From the human T2T-CHM13v2.0 reference genome, Homo sapiens: a stretch of DNA of 64,000 bases. The notes beneath the pieces are model-generated. The model worked only from the letters and a program-made list of their open reading frames with translations, had not been told where the DNA came from and did no database searches. The stretch lies in NCBI RefSeq assembly GCF_009914755.1, contig NC_060926.1; one strand, given 5' to 3'. The translations under genes were made by a program, and so were the position numbers. Of the stretch, positions 1 through 27,698 are shown piece after piece (the stretch's first letter is position 1; each line of letters begins with the position of its first letter).

Positions 1-3000
1 ATGCTCAAATTGTCTCAGATTTGGCTTATGGGAGGCCCTCTAAGCTGGCTCCTCTGTCCTTTTCATATGACTCCCTCATTCTTTGTGCACTTTCTCACTT
101 GTCCCAGGAAGGCTCTTCTTGAATTTTCCCAGCCCCAGCCCAGGGATCAGTCTATTCTTCTTTTAGTGGAAGGTAGGATTTAGAAACCAAGATCTGTGTG
201 CTTGCTTGCTCATTCCTTTTGGGATGTCATTGCTTCTAAGCCCTTTTTGCAGATATGACACATATGTAGGTAAGTACACATGCATGTATTATATTATAAT
301 AATGCATATAATATCCTCTAATATAATATAATGCATATAATAACTATATCTGTGTATCTAAGTACATATATATTTAAAACCATGAGTTCACACTAATACC
401 TCCAACTCCAACCCAACACCTCAGGTTCCCTCTAGTTTCTCTGCTTTCCTTTTTTGTAACTCCTCACCCCATATCTGCTTTTGTAACTCCCTTCTCCAAC
501 AATGAGAAGCTTGACTCACATTATCCTCAGTGTAATTACTTATTTGCTCAATCCCTGTACCTAACCAATTTTCTAACCACATCAGCCACCTCTTAGGCCC
601 CACCCTTCTTCAGCTCCCACTCTGACATTGCCTCCCAGGAAAGGTCAAAGGAAAGAAGGGGACACACCAAATGTTTGACTGAGGTTCCTTGAGCATGGCC
701 TGGGAATGGGGAAGTGTGACTGCACATCACATCCTCTATATAGCTTATTTCACAATAAACACGGGCCACTTCTGTAATTTAAAATATATTTTTAAGTAGG
801 AAAATACTTTGTTTGCGCTAAGTTCATTTGGTGTTGTCTGCTGGCAGGCAGATGGAAAGCAACAAGGGCCAAAAGTGTGGGAAAAAGCTTAAAATGGAGA
901 TAGCTTACCCATTTACTTAACTTTCCTTGAAAGCATCATAAAGGACATCATTGATATTATTCTATTTTATTGCCAAACCTTGCAGTGAACAAGGTGGTGT
1001 ACATTAGGAACCCATTGTGAGCACACCAGATTTGATTCCTTCATACCTGTGTTCTTCCATAAACTCCAACTCTTAACTTTCTGGCCTCTGGTCTGTTAGA
1101 TTCATACGTTATGTCATTGTTCTCAGGGAAAGCAATCATGTGAACTGATTTAAGCTAAAGTGTTACACCTGATGGTGACTTAGGGCTGATACCTTGCCAT
1201 ACACCCAATAATACAATGGCCTAATGAACAAAAAGTTTCACTATCCTCTAACAGTGTGAAAGGTTTAGGTCAGCTCTGCTCCTCAAGGTCACTTGGGGAC
1301 TTAGGTTCCTTCCAAATTATTGTTCTTCCATCCCTTAGGGTCAACTCCCCTACAGCATTGTCATCATTGGCATGGCTGAGGCTCGGTAGCCACCGTATCT
1401 GGGTTCCAGGAGAAGGGCACGGAAGAGATCTTAAGGCCTGACCAGAGGTGGCACATAGGATTCAACTCACATGCCATTGGCAGGAATTCACACATGGCTA
1501 CACACGGATGCAAGAAAGGGTGGGGGAATGTAGTCTGACTGGGGAGCCATGTGCCTGGCTACAATTCTGTTCAATGGGGAGAACGCATTTGGTTGACAAC
1601 AGGAGTCTCTGTCCTAGTGCCCCTCTTCTGTGCTCCAGTAGTGCCCATAAGCCTCTGCGAGATCATTTATTTCTCTTATTTTGGCTCCTTGAAGGAGGAT
1701 CACTGGCCACAGCATCTCCAGCACCTACGGAGTGCTGGCTTGGCACACAGTAGACATGCAATAAACATTTGTTGAATGAGTGAGAAGGCAAATGAATGAA
1801 TGATGCTTGCAATGAAGTAAAAAAGCTACTTTGACATGGGTAAAATAAGAACCTGCTTATTCAGGTAAAATCTTTCACGTTTTGCCATAGCTGCTTGACC
1901 CTATAATATATATTTGTGAATAAATAAATAGATGAATGAAAAAGCTTACCTAAGTTTACATAGAAAGTAGGAAGATCTCTCTGCCATGGAAAATTGAAGG
2001 ATAAGTGTCCTCTTAGATGCTGGTGATATACTATGGTTGATATACACAGTACTGGCTCAGTTGCATTCATCCTATACTGCTCTATGGGTCTAGTAGGGAG
2101 TTTCCTGTTCCAGGCTGCCTGAAGTATGTGAACATCTTTAGGTCCCAGAATGCATTGCTCTCCTTGTGTTTGCTATTCCTGCTTATTGCTCTTCCTTTGT
2201 GGGACCAGACCTCTTGGGATGCAACTGATAACATCCTCTCTTTACTGCTTTTTTGTTTCCTGAGTCCTAAATACCTTGTAGTCCAGTACAATGCCAGCCG
2301 AATGGAGTCCACCCTTGGAGTAAGGATGGGGACACACAGCTATCTCAAAACACAATGCCTTGAAGAAAGGGGATCCCTGTCTAGTTTGCTGATTGATACA
2401 GACACTAGGTCTCTGAGTCAATGGTGCAAAAAGCAGGATAAGGCTAAAGGACCTTTTACCAATTTCTTATTGTTGCTCTGTTTCAAAAAGCAAGACATGT
2501 GCTTGCTTCAAATCATGTTTCTGACCTCAGCTCCATGACTATTACAGGTAGTCGGTAAAATTTCTCTGGCAATTGAGTTACTACCTGTCTTGGTTTCTGC
2601 TGCTGCTGTCAGTTTTGCCTTTTTCTGTGTGTTATTATGTATTTTAGAGGGAAATGAGAAGACTCTTGGTCAAATGCCATTTTAAAGAGAAAATTCCCCT
2701 AATACTGGCTTTAAATAACACTTTTTTTTCATTTAAAATTAAGAAAGCTATTTTTTCACTTAGGGAGAGTTAGAAGGCATGCAGTAAGAAGGAACTCTTC
2801 ACCTTTGCCTGATGACATAAGGCTGGGTGAGATGATGACTTAAGGCTGGCACATATTGAATGCTAACAAATGTCACCATTATTGTCACTTCTCTTGCTAG
2901 AAAAGCTGTTTCCCTCCATGCCTGTGGGCGGCTAAGGAAAGGTCAAGACTGCTCTGTCTACCTGGGGACAATTAAACAACACTCCTCCCGAATCCTGCCT

Positions 3001-5051
3001 TGGAAGGGGAGGGCAGGGACAGGAAGGAAAGAGGGGGAACCTTAGCAGTGATCAGGACACACTCCAGGCAGAGGCTTCCAGCAGGCCAGGGAAGCAGAAT
3101 CTCAGTTTGGACCCCTGGATTTGGAGCATTTGAATTTTTCTGACTTTGGGTAGGGGGACATTTTTGTTTGTTTTTCCCTTAGGCTTTCAATACTCTAGCC
3201 TGTTTTACTTGTGCAAAGGGGCCTATGAATGATATTCCTAAAGCCAGGAAGAGGTAATCATGTTAAGCAGAGTGAAAAAAAACCCCCAGGGTTTCAGGGT
3301 TGTTGTTTTTTTTTTTTTAAGCAGTACCTCTTTAACAAGCCATCCCTTCCTTTCAGGAACTCCCACCCCAGGTGCCTCATCACCCCACCCCACCCCTTCC
3401 AGAAGGGATTGAGAGAGATAAGGTAGGTGGGGTGTCATTCCTGAGCTGTCCCCTTAGAGGCCTCTGCAGGGAGCCTGCCTTGCAGCAGCAAAGACCTCAG
3501 GCCATTCCCCCCAGCAAGGCTCAGTGTAGGCTCAGAAGCTCTTCTAGCTATTCTAAGCAGATGCCAAAGGATTTCATTCAGGATCCTGCTGCTTACACAA
3601 CCATCAGAGGGCTGGAGAGGCAGGAGGAGCTCTGAGTTTGAGAACACACCACTGCCACTGCCATCAACCCCACAAATGTGGGGAAGGGGCCTAGGACACG
3701 GTGGTGGAGAAACGCCTGGCCCCATCTCCTTGCTTTCCACAGAAAATATACAAAAGGACAGGAAGGTGAGCTCTGCCTCACTTTCACCCTCTCAATGTCC
3801 TACAACAGTTTCTAATTAAATCATCTTAATTGGCATTCAGAACACTGGGTCCTAATTCTGAAAAATGAAGCTTCTGCAGTGCCAAAAGGCATGAGGTGGA
3901 GGCAGCCAATCCACATTATCTTCTCCTACGAGACACAGAGAAATTGCCCTCGCTCCATCTCCAGCCGGTCCACCTTGTCAGTCTTTGCCCGTTAGTTACC
4001 CTAGGCCTAGCTGAGAAGAACTCTCCCCTGCTGGGTCTGCCCTCCTGGGCACTCAGCATCCCTTATCACGGTGACCACATTGTGGCTCACACATGCCACC
4101 TTTCTCCCATTAGCTCAGGCAAGACAAGAAAGAGCTGCTAAAAAAGCAGCTTTAGTAAAGGAAGACCAAGAATGCATTTTAAACAGGGACCAAAGACTAT
4201 AGTCAAGCCTATATTGCCCAGAATTCCCATCCAAATCGATTTGGCAATTTCATGTTGTTCATATTCACATAAATTCACATTGTTATGATGATATATTATT
4301 TTTGACACAGCATTATAATTTTATCCCACTGTATCCTGGGCATTAGACTTTCCTCCCATTGTGCACATGAGAAAATTGATAGAGTTAAATGACCGGGCAA
4401 GGTCACGCTGCCGGTCAGTAGCAGAGCCAAGTCTAGAACTCAGCTTTGTCACATTCACTGCACGTTTGTCACATTCACGTTCACTGCAGCTCTCTTTCCT
4501 CCAAGTCTGAGTGGCCTCCAACCCAAGAACACTCAGCACAGCCTCACATTTCCAGCTGCTTGGGTCCCGGCACACAGGTCCTGCCTGCTTGCTATGTGGA
4601 TTATTTCACTTCCCTTGGGGGCCTTCTCTTCCTCCACCCCCACCAAACATGAGCTGGGATTAGTGTATTGTCTACACCACCAGCAGGGTTAAAAGAAGTT
4701 CAAAAGTGCCTCTCAGAGACAGAACAGAGAACAGAGAAAAGGAACAGGCACAGAGACTCTGCCCTTGGGCTTTGTCTCCAGGAAACTGGCCAAAGACCTT
4801 CCCTTCCCAGAGCCCCTTAGCTCAGGAGCTTCTCATTGGTGCTGCTGTGCTTCAGAGCCCTGACAAGACATAAAGAGAGACCTACAGCCTCGTGAAGAGG
4901 CCCTGGGAAGCTTACAGCCATGTGAGCTGCAGTGGCCTTGCAGAAGAGCTGAGAAAATGAAGCAGAGAGTGGGGGCTACAGGCAGAGGGCCATGGCTGTC
5001 AAGGGGGACCTTCTGCAGCAGGGCGTTTGTATGACCTTCAGGCAAGTCATC

Positions 5052-7310
5052 TGTATTCATCCATTTTCACACTGCTGATAAAGACATAACTGAGACTGGG
5101 AAGAAAAAGAGGTTTAATTGTATTTACAGTTCCACATGGCTGGGGAGGCCTCAGAATCATGGTGGGAGACCAAAGGCACTTCTTACATGGCAGTGGCAAG
5201 AGAAATGAGGAAATGCAAAAGCAGAAACCCCTGATAAAATCATCAGGTCTCGTGAGACTTATTCACTACTACATGAACAGTATGGGGAAACCACCCCAAA
5301 ATTCAAATGATCTCTCACTGGGTCCCCCCCGCAACACGTGGGAATTATGGGAGTACAATTCAAGATGAGATTTGGGTGGGGACACAGAGCCAAACCATAT
5401 CATTCCATCCCTGGCCCCTCCAAATCTCATGTTCTCACATTTCAAAACCAATCATGCCTTCCCAACAGTCCCCCAAAGTCTTAACTCATTTCAGCATTAA
5501 CCCAAAAGTCCACAGTTCAAAGTCTCATTTGAGACAAGGCAAGTCCCTTCTGCCTATGAGCCTGCAAAATCAAAAGCAAGCTAGTTACTTCCTAGATACA
5601 ATGGGGGTACAGATATTGGGTAAACACAGCCATTCCAAATGGGAGAAATTGGCCAAAACAAAGGGGTTACAGGGCCCATGCAAGTCCAAAATCCAGCAGG
5701 GCAGTCAAATTTTAAAGCTCCATAATTATCTCCTTTGACTCCAGGTCTCACATCTAGGTCATGCTGATGCAAGAGGTGGGTTCCCATAATCTTGGGCAGC
5801 TCCACCCCTGTGGCTTTGCAGGGTACAGCCTCCTTCCTGGCTGCTTTCACAGTCTGGCATTGAATGTCTGCAGCTTTTCCAGGCACACAGTGCAAGGTGT
5901 AGGTGGATCTACCATTCTGGGGTCTGGAGGACGGTGGCCCTCTTCTCACAGCTCCACTAGGTGGTACTCCAGTAGGGACTGCGTGGGAGCTCCAACCCCA
6001 CATTTCCCTTCTGCACTGCCCTAGCGGTGGTTCTCCATGAGTTCCCTGCCTCTGCAGCAAACTTCTGCCTGGGCATCCAGGCGTCCATACATCTTCTGAA
6101 ATCTAGGCAGAGGTTCCCAAACCTCAATTCTTGACTTCTGTGCACCTGCAGGCTCAACACCACGTGGAAACTGCCAAGGCTTGGGGCTTGCACCCTCTGA
6201 AGCCACTGCAAAGCTCTATGTTGGCCTCTTTCAGCCATGGCTGGAGCAGCTGAGACGCAGGGCACCAAGTCCCTAGGCTGCATACAGTACAGGTACTCAG
6301 GGCCCTGCCCAAAAAACCATTTTTTCCTGCTAGATCTCTGGGTCTGTAATGGGAGAGGCTGCCACAAAGGTCTCTGACATGCCCTGGTGACACTTTCCCC
6401 ATTGTCTTGGGGATTAACATTTGGCTCCTCATTACTCATGAAAATATCTGCAGCTAGCTCAAATTTCTCCTCAGGAAATGGGATTTTCTCTTCTATTGCA
6501 TTGTCAGGCTGCAAATTTTCCAAACTTTTATGCTCTGCTTCCCTTTCAAAACTGAATGCCTTTAGCAGCATCCAAGTCACCTCTTGAATGCCTTGCTGCT
6601 TAGAAATGTCTTCCACCAGATACCCTAAATCATCTCTCTCAAGTTCCAAGTTCCACAAATTTCTAGGGCAGGGGCAAAATACCAGTAGTCTCTTTGCTAA
6701 AACATAAAAAGAGTCACCTTTGCTCCAGTTCCCAAGAAGTTCCTCATCTCCATCTGAGACCATCTCAGCCTGGATTTCATTGTCTATATCATTATCAGTA
6801 TTTTTGTCAAAGCCATTCAACAAGTCTCTAGGAAGTTGGAAACTTTCCCACATTTTCCTGTCTTCTTCTGAGCCCTCAAAGCTGTTCCAATCTCTGCCTG
6901 TTAGCTAGTTACAAAGTCGCTTCCACATTTTCAGGTATCTTTTCAGCAACACCTCACTCCTGGTACCAATTTACTATGTTAGTCCCTTTTCATGCTGCTG
7001 ATAAAGACGCACCCAGGACTGGGAAGTAAAAGAGGTTTCATTGAACTTACAGTTCCACATGGCTGGGGAGGCCTCAGAATCATGGTGGGAGATGAAAGGC
7101 ATTTCTTACATGGCAGCAGCAAGAGAAAATGAAGAGATGCAAAAGTGGAAACCTCTGATAAAACCATCAGATCTCATGAGACTTATTCACCACCAAGAGA
7201 ACAGTATGATGCAAATTATCTCCCACCGGGTCCCTCCCACAACAGGTGGGAATTATGGGAATACAATTCAAGATGAGATTTGGGTGGAGACACAGAGACA
7301 AACCACATCA
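5052..7310 (-). mobile_element. Complete THE1-family (THE1C-like) MaLR LTR retrotransposon: LTR 5052-5402, internal region 5403-6974, LTR 6975-7310
   Basis: Two similar ~340-350 bp LTRs with typical THE1 sequence (..gatgagatttgggtggggacacag..); perfect 5-bp TSD TCATC at 5047-5051 and 7311-7315; internal minus-strand ORF 5957-6853 resembles MaLR internal ORF. Subfamily assigned by eye. Confidence 0.9.
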
Positions 7311-9426
7311 TCATCCAAACTCTCTGGGCTTTATCTCCCCATTTGTAAAGTGAGGGTTCTAATAGAGCCTTCCTCAGAAGTGAAGTGAGGAGTGAAGTAG
7401 GCCATCAGCAAAACAATCACGACTAATGCTTGCACAGTGGGATCCGTGTCCCATGCACTATCCTAAATTCGTCCTATGCATTGACTTTCCTAATTCTCAC
7501 AGCACCCCCACGAAGGAGGTACTGTAGTTACTTCCATTTCACAGAAGAGGAAACTGAAACATGAAAGTCAATGAACCAGCTTTCCCAGCTAGAAAGGAAT
7601 GAAAATGGGATCGGACCCAGAGTGTTTGGCCTCAGGGCCTGGGTCTATAACCTCCAAGCTCTCCTGCCTCCCATAACCCCCACCATGTTGTTAGTTAATG
7701 GTAGCATGATTTATGAACCAAATAGAAAGTCCAGAAATGTGGTTATCATACAGACAAATCCTAAGTGACCCAGGCTAAGGGGTGGTCAGAGCACCAATGC
7801 AGAAGCTACAATCAGAGCTGGTTGAGGAGACACTAAGGGGCTTGGCTCAGTTCCAGTGACCCCATGGCAGAAGTGTGATGAAAAGCTCATTGGGGTCATC
7901 TTGAAGAGGGCCTGGGATCCCAGTCCTGGCACCTGTATGGTGGAGAGTGGAAAATGCTTGTCAGGTCTAAGAAGTCAAAGATTGCAACAAAAGCAGGGCT
8001 TTGGGGAGATTCAAGAGGCAGTGAGATGCAGCTGCTTTGGGGAGTGAGGCAGGGTTGCACTATGGACAGCCTGCTGCTTGGGGCCCTGTCCTGCAGGAAG
8101 AAGCCAGATGGCATGGACCCTCTGGCTATCCTAAAGCACATGGACCCTCGTGCCTCCCAAGAGAAGCCAAGGCATCCTTACTCTTCCGTGACTCTCATTG
8201 GGGCCTGGGACTCTCACTGGGGATGGGGAGGTCCTTGGAGTTGGTTGCCTAAGCTGCAGCAGGAATTGCTGGCTGGCAAGGTGGAAAAATTTATAACTGG
8301 CTCTTATAAGTGAGAACAATACACAAAAGAGAGGGTCCTTCTGAGAGGCATGGTGGAGGCACACAGGAAGGGTTGGTCCCAGGCCCAAATTCATGTGTCA
8401 GAGCAGTGAATGCTGTGTGTATCTAGTGCATGAAAAGGGCTGGGCATTTGTTGGTAGACATCAAAATTACTGACTAAGCAAGTGTAGATTTTCCTCTAAA
8501 CCAGTGACATCCCTCATCCTCAAAATGCTGTTACATCTTCCTCCAGAATGTGAGAAACTTCTCCCTGCCCCTGGAAAACCAGGTCTGAGAGTCATTTCGT
8601 AACAACTGTAATGTCTATAGCTTCTCCTACTTATGCTAGAGTCAGGCTGTCCCCTAAAGCACAATGAGTGGGACCCCAGACTCCACGGTGAGCCTCATGC
8701 CCGGAAAGACTAAAAATCTCTGGGAGAGAAGGCTGTGGGCACCTGAGTGTCAACATCATACCCTGTGTGGTGGCAGTTGTCTGTCACAGCCTGCTAGTGC
8801 CACCAAAACAACCCAAGGTCACAGAGAGTGGCAGCTGTACAGAGTTCCCACAGTGGAGGCAGGGCGGGCAGGCCCTCCAGTGAGACAAGCCGGCCACGTC
8901 CCCCAGGTCACCCGACAACTGCACTCTGTCTCCCCAGACGGTTCCAGTCAGTCTATGGAGAACTTCATTCCTCTGCCTCTCTCTTGAGGAAACTGCAGCT
9001 TTCGGAACCTCCCCTGAAGGAGAGAAGGGGGCAGCGGGGACATGAGAATTGACCCTGAGGAGTTGGCAGGAGGGAGTCCTTCCTGTTTACCCGCCCCAGT
9101 CCAGCCACTTCTTTGTTACCTTTAGACGGCAGGGCAAGGTTGGCTGGATTGATTATGACAGCTCCTTGCTGCTCCACACCATCACCTCTCCACAGGACTC
9201 CTTCCTGGGGTTGTGAGAAGGGGCTGAATGTACTAACTACCTCTGCTCCCTGCTAGAATGCTAGCCTCATGAGGGCTGGGATTTTTGTCTGTTTGGTTCA
9301 CTGTTGAACCCCTAAAATCTAGAAGAGTGCTTGGTACATAGTAGAGGTGCAATGAACATTCCTTGAAGGAATAATTATTGATATAAAGTAAAATTCCCGA
9401 AGTAGATTTCATAGTTAATTGATCTT

Positions 9427-10040
<614 letters not shown>

Positions 10041-10102
10041 ACAGTGGGGGTTGGTTGGGTGGAGTTAGTTATGAATCTTTAGACATTAAACAAAGTAACT
10101 GA

Positions 10103-11302
<1,200 letters not shown>

Positions 11303-11596
11303 GTAACTGAAATATATATATAATATATATATAATATATAGGTATATAAATAAAGGCTCTTAAAAATAAGAGGAAAATGTGACAAAATGATAAACATCAT
11401 GAGAGAGTTTTAAAAAATCCTCTCAGAGAAACTGATTGATTGAGTAGACAAAACATAAATGAGAATGTAAAATGTTTGCATAATGAAAATTATAAGCTTA
11501 ATCTAATAAATACACCTATAGAACATTTATAAAGAGTGAGCATATACTAGGCCACAAAGAGAATCTCAGGAAATTCCAAAAAAGTAGGCCATGTTA

Positions 11597-12361
<765 letters not shown>

Positions 12362-12616
12362 AAAGTAGGCCATGTTACTTAATACTGCTTCCTGATGACA
12401 CAAAGCTAGGAAAACCCTAAAATGAAGAATAGAAAAACATACAAAGAAAAATATATATACATACAAACATTTGTATGTATAATTGACCCATGAGCAACCT
12501 AAGTGTGAATAGCATGGTCCACTTATATGTGGATTTTTTTCAATAAATATTTTGAAAAAATTTTTGGAGATTGCCACAATATAAAAAAAATTGCAGATGA
12601 ACCAGGTAGCCTAGAA

Positions 12617-12916
12617 TTTTTTTTTCTGAGATGGAATCTTGCTCTGTTGCCCGGGCTGGAGTGCAGTGGCATGATCTTGGCTCACTGCAGCCTCTGCCAC
12701 TCCAGGTTCAAGCAATTCTCATGCCTCAGCTTCCCAAGTAGCTGGGATTACGGGCATGAACCACCACCCCTGGCTAATTTTTTTATTTTTATTTTTAGTA
12801 GAGATGAAGTTTTGCCATGTTGGTCAGGCTGGTTTCAAACTCCTGACCTCAGATGGCCCGACCGCCTTGGCATCCCAAAGTGCTGGGATTACAGGCATGA
12901 GCCACCACACCCGGCC
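12617..12916 (-). mobile_element. Alu (AluS-like)
   Basis: Reverse Alu consensus. Confidence 0.85.
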
Positions 12917-13887
12917 GAAATAATTTTTAAAAAATAAGACAAAGTTAGGTCTGTCATAAATGCATAAAATATATGTAGATGCTAAATCAATTTTATCATT
13001 CACTAACATAAAATATATACAAATCTATTATAAAAAATTAACATTTATCAAAACATATGCACACAAACACAGACCGTACACGGTGCCATTTGCAGTTAAG
13101 AGAAATGTAAACAAACTTAAAGATGCAATATTAAAAGAAAACTGCATAAATTAGCTGTGGTACATACTGTACTATTGTAATAATTTTGCAGTCACCTCCT
13201 GTTGCTACCACGGTGAGCTCAAGTGTTTAAGTATCCACTTAAGACACTACGTGATGCTAATCGTCTCCCATAAGCAGTTCCTCACTCCAGTAAATTGCAT
13301 ATGGCAGTAAAAACTGATTTAGTTCTCATGTATTTTTCATTTTCAGTGCAATATCATAAACCTTGAATAACATCATGGGTTCCATATGAGATGGCACTAG
13401 TGAGTCTGGAAGCACTCCCAAAAAGCAGAGAAAAGTCCTGACATTACCAAAAAAAGTTGAATTGCTTGATATGTGCCATTTATAAAGGTCTGCAGCTGTG
13501 GTTGTCTGCCATCCCAAGACAATTGAGTCTTGCAAAGGACAATTGTAAAATAAAGAAAAGGATATTTGTGAAACCATCACTGTAGCTACACCAGCAGGCA
13601 CAAAAACCTTGCACTTTTTGCAAAATATCTTTTTAATCTCTTATTGAAAAATGCAGTTTTTATGTGGGTGCAGGATTGCTATAAGAAAGGCATACCTGCA
13701 GACTTGAACACCATTTGAGAAAAAGCAAAATCCGTTAATGACAACTCAAAGCAAAAGGAAGGTAAAGAATCTAAAGCAGGAGAATGTATTGCCAGCAAAC
13801 GATGGTTTGATAGTTTCAGAAAGAGGTGTGGCTTTTAAAATGTCCACATGACAGGAGAAGCAGCTTCTGTCAATCAAGAGGCGGTAG

Positions 13888-14278
<391 letters not shown>

Positions 14279-14607
14279 TGAACAGGCTTTTAATGTAAAT
14301 GAAAGTGCCCTATTCTGAGGGGGAAAAATGCCACAAAGGACATTTGTTAGTAAAGAAGAAAAGCAAACACCGGAATTTAAAGCAAAAAGGGATAGACTAA
14401 CTCTACTGTTTTGTCCAAATACAGTTGGGTTTATATGATCAGGACTGCCCTTATCTGTAAAGCTGGTAACCCCTGATCCTTGAAGGGGAAAGGTAAACAC
14501 CAGCTGCCAGTCTTTTGGTTGTACAACAAGATACGCATCCATTGATGCTTTATCCCAAAGTCAGGAAGTACCTTGCCAATAAGGACTGCCTTTTAAAGTT
14601 CTTTTGA

Positions 14608-14900
<293 letters not shown>

Positions 14901-15213
14901 TAATTAAAAAATATTTTTTAAAGTCGCTTATGATTTTCTGCTCTACAACGTGTGTAAAACAGCCTTGTTAACTGCGGAATAAGCGACCTTATCACATCTC
15001 CTGAATAGAAACTAGGAGCACATCTGATCTGATGCATTTTAATATTGCCTTCATTTTTTGAAAAGATTAATTCAACACTTCTGTGCTGGGACTAAGCAAA
15101 GTCAGTCAAAATGTGCCCTTCACTCTTCTTTCCACTGTACTCCAGCCTGGAAGACAGAGCAAGACCCTGTCTCTAAAAAAAATTTTTTTGTATTTTGTTA
15201 AAAAGAAAAAAAT

Positions 15214-15507
<294 letters not shown>

Positions 15508-15713
15508 CTATGAAGTCCCTGTAGTTTGTGTTCAACCTCTGCTGTTTTCAACAAACTAGCAAAAAGTTACTAGCTATAAAGCCCTTAATAAAAGTGTGCT
15601 TGTTTTGAGACAGAAGGAACGCTGAGGGAAGGAGAACCAATCCAGGGAGGAGAGAGGGTAGTGGCCGCCACAAGGAAAAAGCCAGCACGAAGCTTTTGTT
15701 GATCCAGCGAGTA

Positions 15714-15719
15714 TTTATT
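15714..15719 (-). terminator. CLEC4F: CLEC4F polyadenylation signal AATAAA
   Basis: tttatt on + strand, about 260 nt past the ancestral stop codon. Confidence 0.7.
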
Positions 15720-15979
15720 GAGGACCTGCTGTCTGACAGGCCTGTGCTGGGTGCTGAGGCTACAGGGGCACAGCAAGGCTCTTCCCTTGAGAAGCCACTG
15801 ATGTCACTGGGTCACTCGAGGTAAGCATGTTTGAAAGGGCTGAATCAAAGAACAAGGCAGGAAGTCCACAAGGCCAACGGAAGGTCCCAGAGAACAAGCA
15901 GAGCTCAGAGGCTCCGAAGGCATCGAGGAGGAGGGTCAGTATTGGCAAGCAGGAGCAGCCCCTCAGCTCTGGCCTGCCC

Positions 15980-16130
15980 TCAGGCCACACCCTGGCCCAT
16001 GGGCTTCTTGCACACCCACTGATAGGGGGTGTCACAGGTCATGTCATTCCACTTCTGCTGAATTTGGACACAGTCTTCAGTCTGCCCATTCTTGTGCCGC
16101 CAGTTGTCAGACTGATTCTTTTCCCAAAAC
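15980..16130 (-). pseudogene. CLEC4F: Ancestral last CRD exon of CLEC4F with inactivated splice acceptor
   Basis: Manual translation FWEKNQSDNWRHKNGQTEDCVQIQQKWNDMTCDTPYQWVCKKPMGQGVA*; acceptor reads ttcttCGG instead of CAG; 151 nt, same coding length as CD207 exon 6. Confidence 0.92.
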
Positions 16131-16321
16131 CCGAAGACAACAGGGCTTTATACTGTTAGATGAAGGCAGCATCCCTTCCTGGTGCTGTGGCTCCTAGGGA
16201 GCTGACATGGGATGAGTCTAGGGAGCTGACTTGAGATGGGTCCTTCATCCCCTAGTGGCCCTAGGATGAGGACAGGGCTGGGAGAAGGAGTACCCTGAGG
16301 GTGTCTGTGCTCAGGTTGCTC

Positions 16322-27591
<11,270 letters not shown>

Positions 27592-27691
27592 CTCTGCTTC
27601 CTTGATCCTCCAGCACTGCTCCCAGCCACTGGCTCCTGGAAGGGCCGTCCCGTGGACCAATGGCAGTGGAAGCAAAGCTGAGACACCCACA

Positions 27692-27698
27692 CTTATAT
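27692..27698 (-). promoter_or_regulatory. CLEC4F: Putative CLEC4F TATA box (ATATAAG)
   Basis: About 100 nt upstream of the ATG on the coding strand. Confidence 0.6.

Noticed and set aside
5132-5150. PRDM9 recombination-hotspot motif in the THE1 LTRs
   Set aside because: Both LTRs read CCTCCCCAGCCAT, which mismatches CCNCCNTNNCCNC at positions 7 and 13
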